From assembly GCF_009914755.1 (NCBI RefSeq), contig NC_060935.1: DNA of 64,000 bases, one strand, 5' to 3'. Position 1 is the stretch's first letter; each line of letters begins with the position of its first letter. Of this stretch, positions 21,741 to 40,160 are shown one piece after another. Made by a program: the position numbers and the translations under genes. This DNA is from the human T2T-CHM13v2.0 reference genome, Homo sapiens. The notes under the pieces are model-generated. The model saw only the letters and a list, made by a program, of their open reading frames with translations, was not told the DNA's origin and made no database searches.

Positions 21741-24064
21741 TTACTTTCTAAAAAACCACCTTGTCTCCACCAAAACAAACCAATAAAGCAAACATTTAAG
21801 TGGAATAAAAAGTCATTTCCTTTCATGAAGGACATCGTATCTTATGCCGGAACAATGAAGAATTCTCATTCTCTCCCACTATGGCAGTGCTTCTCAACCT
21901 ATTTGCCGCCTCTGCTCTGTCACCCACGTGGGAGTGCAGTGGGATGAACATGGCTCACTGAAGCCTCGGCCTCCTGGGCTCAAGTAATCCTCTCATCTCA
22001 GCCTCCCGAGTAGGTAGGCCTCAGGTATATGTCACCACACCTGCTATTTTTTTTTTTAATTCTTAATTTCTTGACCATTTCCCTGTAAATATAATTTTTT
22101 ATTTTATTTTTTGTCGAGACGGGGGTTTCTCCATGTTGCCCAGGCTGGGGAAGAAAATTTCTAAGGTCCAAAGGACACAGCAAAGCTCAATGGCATCCAA
22201 AAACAAGAAATAATTGTTTTCAAGATTTCACAGAAGTGGTTATAGACTACTTGGTATAGTTCAAGGACTATGGTTCCCATGGAAAAATACAAGACTTTTT
22301 AATACTAGTTATAAACTTGAAAATCAAGATATTTTAATGTCTATAAAGCTAACATTCACTTTTATAAATATTGCCAAAAAGTTTGTAAACATTTAAAGAA
22401 AATAAAGCCACGTCAGTAACATGCTTGATACTAAACACCGCATATATTACAGTATTAAGGTGGGGGAGACCCCAAACTACAGAGCAATAGAGACATTCTT
22501 TAACCAGGACAACAAACTGAAACAAAGCCAGAATCAGAACTCAAACTGGAAAGCCAGTTAATTATCCAACCATAATTTGGTAAATTAAAATGAATTTTAG
22601 GCCGGGTGTGGTGGCTCAAGCCTGTAATCCCAGCACTTTGGGAGGCTGAGGCAGGCAGATAGCTTGAGCTCAGGATTTCGAGACCAGCCTGGGCAAGGTG
22701 GCAAAACCCCATCTCTACCAAAAATACAAAAAGTACTCAAGCATGGTGTGGGGTGTGCCTGAAGTCCCAGCTACTCAGGAGACTGAGGTGGGAGGATCAC
22801 CTGCGCCTAGGAGGTTAAGGCTGCAGTGAACTGAGATGGTGCCACTGCACTCCAGCCTGGGTGACAAAGTGAGACCCTGTCTCAAAAAAAAAAAACTAAA
22901 ATTATTCTCTGAACTGATATTTAAGTGGTGTAGGAAAAAATTGTTTTTTATCTTGAAAAATTATTCCCAATATAAAAGTGTAAAATATCCTAAGTAATAT
23001 AAAATTGATCAAAATGGCATATACACATCGATATTATATAATATTGATTGCTATAAAAATAGATTTTAATTTTATTTCAATTTATGATGTATATGTCTAA
23101 GGGTTTTACAGACCCTTATTTTTATTTCCCTAGTAATAAGCCAGTCATGATTTATTTTTATTTGGTAGTGTCTTCTTTTTCTTCAGTTAAGTTCTCTGAG
23201 ATTATTTTTAATGCTATGAGTAAGCAAGCTCCAAATACCATAGCTCATGTGAGGCTAGGTATTAGCTTCACAATATAAAATGGACACATGACTAGGGACT
23301 ATTAGGAAACTCCTAAGTCAGTCTAGGGAATCAAATGATGAAGGGGCTAGCAAGCTAAACTCTAAAGATCAATAAGGTCAATTTTTAGGATGCTGAGCCA
23401 TTCTTAGTAATGCAGACCGGATTTAGAGGCCAAAGGACAGATGCCACAGTTAAAGAAAACATCTTAATTAAAATTATTACCAAATTTGATTGGAAACAAA
23501 CTTATACAAATAGTAAGTCAACAAATGTCTCCAGTCAGATTTTCTTTGAATAAGTAAAACGGAGATAACCTATATAAAATATATAACATTGTAACCTATA
23601 TAAAATGTCTCAAATATGTAAGTAAATTATATATTAAAATAGGAAAACAATGTAAAACACATTTTATATATTAACCTCACAGTTTTACATTTATAGTTTT
23701 ACATTGCCTTTCCGACTCTCATTTTCATTCTGGTCCTGGTCGTTACAAGTTTTGTTTCATCTTGTTATGATGTGTATAATGTTGTAAGAACAAAGCAAGA
23801 TACTAGTAAGTAAATAAGTAATAAGCAAATAAATAAACTCAACTAAGTACTTTAGGCCTAGTGCCTGACTTTCTACATAAGGCCTATAAATTTTGTTACA
23901 ACTGACATCTACTGAAATTTCTAAGATATATCTATGCTGAATATTAACAAAACAGAGAGAAATTTACTTTGTACAGTATATACACATCTATGCCAAGGAG
24001 TTGTTTTAAAGCAAACAGCAAACTAGGCCTACCATTTTTGATAAATTTTGTTGATCTGTATCTA

Positions 24065-24584
<520 letters not shown>

Positions 24585-25272
24585 CTAATATATGACCAAT
24601 TTTATTTACTACAACAGAGGAGAAATTCTTCTTTCATTGTATCGAATTTGGGAGCTTCCCTTCATTATGTTTAGTCTTCTATCTTAAAGTTCTACTAATA
24701 AAACATAGATAAAACCACAACATCAAATTGCTCACTATCCAGTAGTGGCAGTCTGGGCTGTCAGCACTGTTCAACTGTGCAGGAAATGACCCTGATAATG
24801 GCAGAGAGACGAGAGGTCTGCTGACTTTGCTTTGGGACAAGGAAAATGAAAAGGCAATGTATCTCTGAAAGACATCACAGGGCAACAGCTCTAATATTCA
24901 TAACCAAGAAGCACCAGTACAAACGGCTGCAGGTACCTTCAGGAAGTCCATGGGGACTCTAAATTGTGAATGCTACTGCATTCTTCTGAGAACCATTCTT
25001 CTGAGGGAGCTTCTGGCCTTGAGGCTGCCACTTCAGTCATCTAATAATGGTTAAGCTTCAATTCAGAGTCTCAGTCGATTCTCCTCTAGCACTGCTTATA
25101 TTACTGCCCTCCTATGCCACAACCCACAAAGCCCAGCACTTATCTAAACTCACGGGTAGTAGCTGCATCTGTGTCAATTTAACAAGATACTGACTACGAC
25201 TGGGTTCCTTCCTGGTAAGATTTTACTGTGGTACACTGCCCAATCAGTTGGTGTTAAAAAGCTGCTTTATTA

Positions 25273-25575
<303 letters not shown>

Positions 25576-25945
25576 CTACTTTGAATTTTATCTAGTCCCT
25601 ACAATGTGGTGTTCCATAAGCAGAATGCTTTATTCTAGATTCTCTGCATTAAACAACTCCTAACATGCAACATGAAAGAAGTTCTACTTGGCACTTATAT
25701 GCACTCCTTAAGTGCTGAGGAATAAGGATAAAGAAACTAACATTTATTGAAAAAACAAATTAGGCACCAAAATTTTGTAGGCACTTTATAATCCTTTTTA
25801 AGTTTAATTTTCACCCAAACCCTATGAGGTAAGGACTATTATTATTTCAACTTTGCAGATTCACAGCCAGGCATGGTGGTTCACGCTTGTAACCTCAGGA
25901 CCTTAAGAGGTTGAGGTGGGAGGATCGCTTGAGCCCAGGAGTTCA

Positions 25946-26218
<273 letters not shown>

Positions 26219-27955
26219 TCAGCTCACCGCAACCTCCCCCTCCCAGGTTCAAGCGATCTTCCCACCTCAGCCTCCCGACTGGCTGGGACTAAAGGCACAT
26301 GCTACCACACCTGCTAATGTTTCTATTTTTTGTAGAAACAGAGTTTCTTCATGTTGCCCAGTCTGGTCTTAAACTACTGGGCTCAAGCAATCAGCCCGCC
26401 TCGGCCTCCCAAAGTGTTGGGATTACAGATGTGACCTACTGTACCCAGCCAGATTCTAAAAATTAAATAAAGATTAATGTGCTTACAGTCAGGTAGTTAG
26501 CAAATGGTAATGCTGTGTGATTCAAACCCAGGTCAATTCTGACTCCAAAGTTTTTGCTCCTTTTATTAAGTAAAGCATGTTCTCCCTCTCAACTTGTGTT
26601 AAGTTCACTTTTCCTTACGAGAGGATGAGATCAGGGTCCTAATAAACATTTTGTTAAATCTCTAATTACTGTAAGTCTATGAAGAAAAAAATTTTCCATT
26701 CATTTCTGTATTGAAATCACTATTGGTATTTATAAATGTTCTGATTATTTTTCCTTATCAAAATACCTCTCAGATATGATTTAGATGCTAGGCTTTATAT
26801 TTAGCATCTAAATATATATTCTAGGAATGGACATCAAAAACATGTAAGATCCCATTCCAACAAATTCTAGTTCAATGAATCTGGGATGAAATTTGGACAT
26901 CAGTATTTTTAAATGGCTCAAAGGGTGATTTTGTCATATGGGCTCAGTTAAAAAACTATCATTCTATTCCTTTCTTAGGAGAATACCTCTCCCTATCCAT
27001 TGTTGGAACAGTAACCAGTGGGAGCTAGACTCTAGACACTCATGATCTTATTGTATAGTATTGAAGAAGATACTGCGAATCTGTTAAATTTCAAGATTGC
27101 AAAGGCTCAAATAAACTTATAAGTGAGCAATGGACCAGATACCCTAATATAATACCTGCCTGTCACACTCATTGACACTCATTGTTTATTCCCATAAACA
27201 AGTTATTCTCAACAGGGAAATGAGAGTAGGGAAGATGGAGAAGTGTTTATTTTTAAGAAAAGTAACATATGAGGGGGGACTCCATTTCAGAGGTAAGAAA
27301 AACAATGACTTCTGTCTTTTCAGTAATTTCTGTTCTAGACCAGGGAATGGAAGCTTTAGCTCATAATCTCAATATAATTTAAACAATAGGAAATCTTGTA
27401 CAGTTTTAAGTGCTGTCACTTTTCTCATAAATTGAGGCCTACAGTATTAAAACAAAGTGCTTTAAAGTAATTATCAATTGGTATTTATCTTTAACTAGAA
27501 ATTAAAGCCACTAGTTAATAATAACTAAAGCACACCGTTGACAGAGGAAAGGAAACAAATTAATGAAACCCATTATGAATTACTGTGTTTAGAAAACTAT
27601 GATGAAAACAAGCAATAATTAAGGGGGGAAAAGTAGAAAGAACAAGTGAAAAAAGATTAATACCACATAGAAGTCTAAAGATTATATAAGAAAGCACTTC
27701 GAAAATCCAAATCTTAATGTAAAGATAAATAAATTATATATATATAAAAAATCAAATGTCCATAGGCATAGGCACATGACAAAATCAAAGAAGCGATGAG
27801 CTGGGAGGGAGGCATCTTATAAATAAAAGAACTATAGGCCAGGCGCAGTGGCTCACGCCTGTAATCCCAGCACTTTCAGAGGCTGAGGCAGGCAAATCAC
27901 TTGAGGACAGGAGTTCAAGACCAACATGATGAAACCCTGTCTCTACTAAAAATTA

Positions 27956-28195
<240 letters not shown>

Positions 28196-28400
28196 CTAAA
28201 TCAGGTGACAACTCAAAACAGTTTAAAAATAATTTCAGGAATATCATAAGAAATTTTAAAGTTAATGCCTTTTTACTACTTTCATTAAAGGAAAAAAATT
28301 GAGAAATTAATGGGATTACTTGATTTATACAATACAAAGAAGAGATAATTATAAGGAGGGAAAAAGGATTGGTCTGTAATCTATTCTTCAATCTCATCCT

Positions 28401-28457
28401 CTTTTTTCCATTTCACCATTTCCCCACTTTTTTCCATTTCACCATTTCCCCACTTTT
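28401..28457. repeat. 26-bp tandem duplication (cttttttccatttcaccatttcccca x2)
   Basis: Two exact copies at 28401-28426 and 28427-28452. Confidence 0.95.
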
Positions 28458-28469
28458 GTTATGTTTCTA

Positions 28470-28853
<384 letters not shown>

Positions 28854-29574
28854 TCACTACTTAAGGCAAAAAGAAAAGAAAATGTCGTTTCAGGTTAATT
28901 TTTACAACTGAAGTTAACTTTTCATTGTTTTAAATATTTTAGCCACAAAATTCAGTTTCTTTTTACTTGTTTGTGGTCTCTGATTCCCTCCACCCCACCA
29001 CGTGAAAAGGGAAAGAAGTTTCTACTGCTACCCTAGATCTCTCAGAAATCTATTGTCTGTCTACTCAAATATAAAATCCATGATGCTCTCTCTTTATATA
29101 GTACAGCAAGAGATTATATTTACATTCACAATGCCAATGGAAACCACAGAACTGTCTTTGTGTGAGAAGCTAATATCCTTAGAAAATACATGTAGAAAAC
29201 ACATAATATTAATGATAAGGAAAAAGAAAAGGTTTTCTTTGACACATCGAGAATTCAGCACCAGAGCAATAAGATTTCTAATTAATAACCAAATGCTGGA
29301 AGAATTGACAGAGAATCTGTAGCTCTCTTCATATGCCACTGGAACCTGACTTTCCTTGTCTCAGTGCCCTCTACTATTCCCCTTCCCATTCTTTCCTCCC
29401 AGGTTCCAGGTTGGTAAAACTCTTTTTCCCCTAGGGCAACTCTCTTTTAATTTATTTTACACGAGTGTAACTCTTCAAGATGGAAAATTGATGACTGAAC
29501 AAAGATTTCACAAATCATATCTCTGCCTCCAAGTCCCACTGAAGGAAAGCCTAGGAAGGTTAACTACTAGAATA

Positions 29575-30213
29575 TAGTTGATCCTCATCATTCACGAATC
29601 CATATTTGCAAATTCACCTACTTGCTAAAACTTGCTTATAATCCCCAAATCAACACTCATGGTACTTTCCTGGTCATTTACAGACAAGTTCAGAGCTGTG
29701 AACATTTTGTGTTGTCTATTGTGCACATTCCCAGCTGAGGTAGACAAGATAACACTCTACCTTCTTGCTTTAGCTTTTACACTATAAACAAGTGTCTTTT
29801 TCATGGTTTATTCAGTGCCATGTTTTTGCATTTTTGTGTTTTTTGTTGGTGCTCTTGTTGTTTAAAATGGCCCCTAAGTGTAGTGCTGAAATGCTGTCTA
29901 GTATTCCTAAGTGCAAACAGGCTGTGATGTACCTTAGGGAGAAAATATATGCGTTAGGAAAAGCTTCAATCAGGCAAGAGTTACAGTGTTGTCGGCCAAG
30001 AGTTCAATGTTAATGAATCAACAACATATATTAAATATGCTATCTCCAAACAGAATAAAACAAAGTTATGTACTGATTGATGGAAATGTTGTGACCAAAG
30101 GGTTGCAGGATCCTAACCCTGTATTTCTCTTAGAAGCAATGATTCAATATTCACTAATTTAGTGTTCGCAGTGGCTTTACAGAATATAACTACTACAAGT
30201 AATGACTTAGGTG
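29575..30213 (+). mobile_element. MER82-like MITE (TcMar-Tigger)
   Basis: Starts agttgatcctcatcattcacgaatccatatttgcaaattcacctacttgctaaaa, as in the recalled MER82 consensus; about 640 bp. Confidence 0.72.
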
Positions 30214-30805
30214 TGCGTATAATTAAAAATCAACTTCCTCCCCTCACCATTGTAATCCTCTGTAATTTCAGACTGAGGAAGCAAACAAAACAAAATTTTC
30301 ATTCTTGCTATATTCATGAAGATGTTTTCAGAGTTTGTTCTTAAGCACTATAATCATATCCACAGTGTTTGATCTATACTTACAGTTTTCATAAAAAGTT
30401 ACTACATACAAAATGTCCACCAGCAGCATTCAACTTGCAATACCAAAAGATTATTTCCTAAAAATGTTTATCTCTTACTTAGTACTTGTCTGTTTCAGAA
30501 CTGACCTCATATTCGTATACTCTTTACATACTGATACAAAGTAGTGTGTTATCATTTGCTATCTTCATGTTTAATATTTGTCCAATTAAATACAGCTAAC
30601 TTAAATAGCTCATCCTATAGAATTATAAAACTGGAAAATGTAGTTCTAGATCAGCAACTCTCTTTTCCTAGAGAGTTACAGAAGCTATCAAATAGCATAC
30701 CTAAAGTCAAAGTGACAAAAAACAAAGATTGAAAATGAAACTAACCCACAACAGGAATTTAAAACAACCCTTTAAAAATGTATGTCTGTAATTCAAATAC
30801 CATCA

Positions 30806-31087
<282 letters not shown>

Positions 31088-31142
31088 TTATTGCACTCTG
31101 CTAATTCAAAGATACATAATTTTTTTAAAAAATTATAAAACT

Positions 31143-31500
<358 letters not shown>

Positions 31501-31768
31501 TCATATATAAAAAGTATTTTCATAAGATGTTATAACTAAAGTAATATAATAAACAAACAATGCCATAGACGTTTCATTCTCATTTTCTAGGCAAACGTTA
31601 GTAAGCAGATGTCAAACAGAAAACATTAATAGAAAGCATTTCTAGCCCACCCATCTCACAGCAGCACAATTACAGGAGAGGAATTTCTACACTGACAACA
31701 TTAAAAAGACCAGAAAAGAACAATCACATAACCAACAACCCACTACTACAGTGGTGGTTGGGATAAGA

Positions 31769-31965
31769 CTGTGTTTCTCAACTGGGGATGATTTTGTCTC
31801 CTAGGGAACTTCCGGCAATGTTTCAAGACATTTTTGATTGTCATGACTTAGGGAGATGGTATTACTGACATCTAGTGGATAAAAGCCAAAGATGCTGCTA
31901 AACATCATACAATGCACAGGACAGCTGACAAAAAATGTCAACAGTGCTAAGGTCAAGAAACCTTG
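31769..31965 (+). mobile_element. MER20 (hAT-Charlie)
   Basis: ttctcaactggggatgattttg...ggcaatgt...gacatttttgattgtcatgact...gatgctgctaaacatc...gtgctaaggtcaagaaacc. Confidence 0.82.
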
Positions 31966-32270
31966 GGGTAAAGTAGTGGCAGTAGAAACGGAGAAAGGGG
32001 AGGAATCCGGAGCTCTTTAGTGTTAAAAACCAGAGAGAAAATTAGAAAAAGGAAGTCAAGAATGTTCTGGTTTTATGGCAAGACATGTTTTAAAAAAGTG
32101 CTATAATATATATATGTACAAAGTAGTGTGGGAGCAAAGAGGAAGAAGCAACTAACTCACTCTACTAGGGAAGATATGGGATGGAAGGGGGTGCATCAGG
32201 CAAGGGCTCAGCAGAGTATTCTAATTCTATTCAAGTAATTATTTTACAAGAAATAAATGAAAGAAGTTTA

Positions 32271-32441
<171 letters not shown>

Positions 32442-32589
32442 TTATCAGTCCTTTCACAACCCTGATGAAATTTTAATAGAGAAGGGACCAGAGTTATTAA
32501 AGCTACATGCAACTTATATTTTATTAAAGGCAATCCTACAAAATATGCCTAATGAACACAGATTCTCATGGCAGTGCCAGTTCTTGCTA

Positions 32590-32766
<177 letters not shown>

Positions 32767-33820
32767 TCATATAATATTTAAATAATATCTGCATCTCCAC
32801 CATTAGTTAACATACTTAATACTTACATTTATTGACATATCAGGACCCAATTTCTTTCTTTTTTTTTTATTGGAGACAGAGTCTTACTCTGTCACCCAGG
32901 CTGAAGTGCAGTGGTATGATCTTGGCTCACTGCAACCTCCACCTCTTGGGTTCAAGCAATTCCCGTGCCTCAGCCTCTCGAGTGGCTAGGATTACAGGTG
33001 TGCACTACCACATCCGGCTAATTTTTGTATTTTTAATAGAGATGAGGTTTCACTATGTTGGCCAGGCTGGTCTTGAACTTCTGACCTCAGGTGATCCTCC
33101 TGCTTCAGCCTCCCAAAATGCTGGGATGACAGGTATAAGCCACCGTGCCTGGCCTCTAATTTCTTATTTATGTGGCTCTACCAGGGCAAACAAGAAAGAT
33201 TCATTCATTCATTCATTGAGAGACAGGGTCTCAACTCTTTTGCCCAGGCTGGACAATTTTGGCTCACTGCAGCCTCCACCTCCCCAGGTTCAGGTGATCC
33301 TCCCACCTAAGCTTCACGAGTAGCTAGGACTACAGGCTGTGCTACCATGCTTGGCTAATTTTTTTTTTATTATTTGTAGAGATAGGGTTTGCCATGTTGC
33401 CCAGACTGGTCTCGAACTCCTAGGCTCAAGTGATCTGTCTCCCTGGGCCTGCCAAAGTGCTGGGATTATAAGTGTGAACCACTGCACCAGCGGAAGAAAA
33501 TATATAATTAAATTTTATTTCTTTTACAGCATAAGTCAAACCAACTTGAATTTACTATAAGGAAGACGTATGTCTAAGCACTAAGAAAGAACAGTAAGTC
33601 CCACTTTTTAAGACACTCTCATTAGTTCATTAATTCAGATACATTTACATCATCAGAAGAGTCTCCAAAACCAATTGTAATAAAAAGCCAGAAAGAATGT
33701 ACTTCACACAGATAATAAGTTCTGCCACCCAAGAGAATTGCTGAGAAAGTTAGCTATGCTCAGAAAAGCTGATTTCAAAATTAAGAATGTAAAATAATTA
33801 TTTTTAAGGACAGAATATCA

Positions 33821-34105
<285 letters not shown>

Positions 34106-34889
34106 TTAAATAAAGCATTAGCTTTTCTTCATTCAAACATAGTTCCATATCTACATATTAGAAGAATTATATAAGTTCAGTTTTTTTTAAGGCAACAAAA
34201 GAAAAGGAACTCATAACTGCTTACCTACTAAGGTGTTGTTCTTCTAAGAATATTATTTAATGTGTAGGGCCCAAAATAATATTACCATTTTTAAACAAAC
34301 TTTCTAGGTAAGCAGACTAGGAATAATTAAAACCTATAAAGGATCAACATGTTTAATACCCTTTTTTTTTCTTTTTCAGATGGCATTTTGCTCTTGTTGC
34401 CCAGGCTAGAGTGGTATGGCATGATTGCAGCTCACTGCAACCTCTGCCTCCTGAGTTCAGGTGATTCTCCTGTCTCAGTCTCCCAAGTAGCTGGGGTTAC
34501 AGGCATGCGCCACCACGCCCAGCAAATTTTTGTATTTTTAGTAGAGATGGGGTTTCACTATGTTGGCCAGGCTGGTCTGGAACTCCTGACTTCAGGTGAT
34601 CCACCCGCCTCAGCCTCCTAAAGTGCTGGATTACAGGCGTGAGCCACCACACCCAGCCTAATACCACAAATATGTATGTATATACATATAAAAGCTTACA
34701 AATATAAACTAGTTTATAAATATTTACATGAATGAAATCTACTTTTAATAAACCTTTAATAGCTCCTATAATTAAAGTGATTCATTTACCTAGATAGATC
34801 ACAAATCTTGGCAATATTTTGTTCCTGACTTTGTGGCTATCACACTATAACTCTGGGCATCTTAAATCTTTCTTTACTTCAGTTTTCTA

Positions 34890-35306
<417 letters not shown>

Positions 35307-35484
35307 CTATCTAATATCACTATTAACATTTGTGAGTATCAGATTCTGGAGCAGGAGAGATTTATTTATGAAAGAACACTGAAATTCTGTATGAGTAGTA
35401 GGACCCAAATTATTATTTATCTATTATCTAATGTGCACAAATTTATCTCATGTGAGCAAATGCAACAAAATTACTCAGTAATAG

Positions 35485-35707
<223 letters not shown>

Positions 35708-36888
35708 TAGAGACGGGGTTTCTCCTTGTTGCCCAGGCTGGTCTTGAACTCCTGGGCTCAGGCAATCTGCCTGCCTCAGCCTCCCAACCCAAAGTGCTGG
35801 GACAATACAGGCATGAGCCACTGCTCCTGGCCTTAATTATTATTATTATTTTTGAGATAGTGTCTCACTCTGTTAACCAGGCTGGAGTACAGTGACACAA
35901 TCATAGCTCACAGCAGCCTCACCCCCTGGGCTCAAGTAATCTTCCTGCCTCCTGAGTTGGTGGGACTACAGGCACAATAAAAAAAGAATTTTTAATAAGA
36001 TACCTGGCTATGTGATATAGTTTAAGTACAAATATCATGAGAATAACCTACATAATCTCTAAGATTTTTTAAAATGCTTTTATATTATTAAAAAAATTAC
36101 ATTTTAACTTGGCTCAGCTGACCTTTAAGATTAAACAAAAAATAAGAAATTATAGTGGCAATAAACCATTTTGTTTTAGGGATATTTAACATGGTGCCTG
36201 AAGAACCTAACATTTGAGATTTCTTAAATCTTCCTATATATTATTACTGTTTCATCTGAATCTTTTTTCTCTATCCTGGCCTCCTTCTGTAAGAAAAAAA
36301 AGATGGAGCAAGTCCACATGGAAAATAGACACCTTAATAAAATAAAACCTAATTTTGATACTAAACGTATTACTATAGAAAACACAAAAGGGTACTAGAA
36401 ACCTGTTTTAGGTACCACAAATGTTTCTGGTCACCTGAAGCTCTCACTAACAAAGCTTTAGCAAGCTCTGGAACCCAGGATCAAGCAGTTTGGCCTCAAG
36501 GTTCTTGAGGGTCCCAGAGAGCTACCTAGTTAAACTATAGACTCTGAAATGCTTTAGGACAAATAAAGAACCACACAGGGATGGGACTACATAACAACAT
36601 CTATGAAGAAAACATGAGATATACGTAACTTGTTATTTTCCTACCCTTATTCTCCCAGTTTAGCTAAAAAATGAAATAACCAGAGTACACAGCACTCCAG
36701 ACTAGAAACTTGTAATTTAAAGGTAGAAGATTATAGGCCAGGTGCGGTTGCTTATGTCTGTAATCCCAGCACTTTGGGAGGCCGAGGTGGGATCACTTGA
36801 TGCCAGGAGTTCCAGACCAGCCTGACCAACATGGAGAAACCCATCTCTATTAAAGAAAAAAAAAATTAGCTGGGTGTGGTGGTGCTCA

Positions 36889-37041
<153 letters not shown>

Positions 37042-37985
37042 TTACAGTATTTTTTAAAATTTAGACATCACTAAGGACACAAAAGATTTATTGATATAAG
37101 CATAGTTCTGATAACTAAGATGAGTCACTAAATTTCTAAGATAATAGAATGAGCATACTGTTTACTACTCAGAAAAACATCTGCTTACTATATTGTAATA
37201 GGCTAGAAACAAGGAAACTTCATTCACGTAAGAATCTAAGCAAGTCAAATTTTATAAAAGTACATTATGAGCAAAGCAAAAAACAATATTAAAGACCTAT
37301 AAATCAAAGATCATTCAACAAAATACAAGAGTTTTTATACTTTCACAGAAGATAAACACCAAAGGAAACATTTTTCTCCAAGATGTAGGTCATACACAAA
37401 ATCATGAGAGGTGAGATGGATGATCTTCATTCCGTGAGGATTTTACTACAGCTGCTTTCTAAAATATCTGATATAGACAGTACTTGGGGACAGGATACCA
37501 GATTAGAAGAACTGCCAAGTCTGAACAAACTAGTGATCTGTCTAATTCAGATTTCCATAGCAAATTACATCCACTTGTTCCTGAAAGAGATCCTATTCAT
37601 GAAAAATTTCATGGCCAAACAAGAAAGTCTAGGGTTGAAAAGAACTTACTACATAAGAGCAAAAGTTACTTTTCTATTTGCTTTCACTGTGCGTCTCTTT
37701 AAAGGCATATAGCATTTGCTTCTACTTTACTAAAAAGGCACCTAAATAAAGGTTAGCTTTAGTCCACAAACTTTATCTTTAGCCAACATCTCAAAGTATA
37801 GACTTCGAAAGTCTATACTTAAGATAGCAAGAGAAAAAGAGCTGCTTAAATACCCTGAGGAGTAGTTTTCCAACAAAAGGCCAGTACTTTTCTTTTCAGT
37901 GCTTTTCCACCAAAAGGCCAATTTTTAAAATGTATTTATTTATTTATTTTTGAGAGGGAGTCTTGCTTTGTCACCCAGGCTGTAG

Positions 37986-38117
<132 letters not shown>

Positions 38118-38363
38118 TAGAGACGTTTCACCACATTGGCCAGGCTGGTCTCAAACTCCTGACCTTGTGATCTGCCTGCCTTGGCCTCCCAAAGTGCTAG
38201 CATTACAGGAGTGAGCCACTGAGCCTGGCCATATTTATTTATTTTTTAAAGAGACAGGGTCTTGCTCTCTCACCCAGGCTGAATTGCAGTGGCACAATCA
38301 CAGCTCAGTGCAGCCTAGAACTTCTAGACTCAAGAGATCCTCCCCACCTCAGCTTCTTTATAG

Positions 38364-38549
<186 letters not shown>

Positions 38550-38727
38550 TAAAATAACTACACAACACACTTGAAGGCTAAAATTAGTCAACATGAAGTG
38601 CCACACTTGGGGAATGACTTTCCTTATTCAGGTCACTTTCTTGCTTGTTTTGGCATGCCAAGTCAAATTCTGCAGTTTCCATTTCTGTTTAAACCCGGAA
38701 TCCAAACTCAATTGAGATACTCTAGTT

Positions 38728-39047
38728 CAGGGATCCCTAACCCCTGGGCTGTGGCCAGTACAGTGGCCTGTTAGGAACCAGGCACACAACAGGAGGTGAA
38801 CAGCTACCAAGCGAGAATTACCCCCTGAGCTCTGCCTCCTGCCAGATCAGCAGGGCATTAAGGTTCTCATACGAGTGCAAACCCTACTGTGAACTGCACA
38901 TGTGAGGGATCTAGAGTGCATGCTCCTTATGAGGTGGAACTGTTTCATCTCAAAACGACCCCCCATCCCCCCAACACACAATTCTTCCATGGAAAAATTG
39001 TCTTCCATGAAACTGGTCCCTGGTGCCAAAAAGGTTGGGGACTGCTG
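38728..39047 (+). mobile_element. MER1B-like MITE (hAT-Charlie)
   Basis: Ends cagggatccctaacc...ggttggggactgctg, with a perfect 8-bp TSD ctctagtt (38720-38727 and 39048-39055), the length typical of hAT elements. Confidence 0.88.
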
Positions 39048-39078
39048 CTCTAGTTAACAAAGCTAAAACAAAGTCTTA

Positions 39079-39318
<240 letters not shown>

Positions 39319-39669
39319 TTAAGTAGTAAGAATTGGAAAAAGGTCACGGAAAGGGGGTGTACTAGTACTTTTACAAATGCTAGAAATACAGTAAATGAGT
39401 CTTTAATTTTTAAATTTATGTTCAAGAATATTTTAAAAACTTAACGTTAAACATAAAATTTTAAGACATGTCATAGCAGGCATAGTAACAGTTTATAAAT
39501 GTAGAAAATTCAAACAAAAAATTAAAGATCCCTTGAAATCCCACCACCCAGAGAAAACTACTTTCAACTTTTTGATATCCCTCCTTCCAGACCTTTCTCT
39601 AAGTGTGTGTGTATATGGACATACAAATATACTTTACAAAAGTAGGGTTACAGAATGCTTGCTTTCAAT

Positions 39670-40160
<491 letters not shown>

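Noticed and set aside
29254-29270. REST/NRSE-like TTCAGCACC
   Set aside because: Only the left half-site matches; the GGACAG half is missing.
37404-37712. 102-aa non-Alu ORF on the plus strand
   Set aside because: No recognisable protein similarity, poly(A) tail or TSD; consistent with chance.
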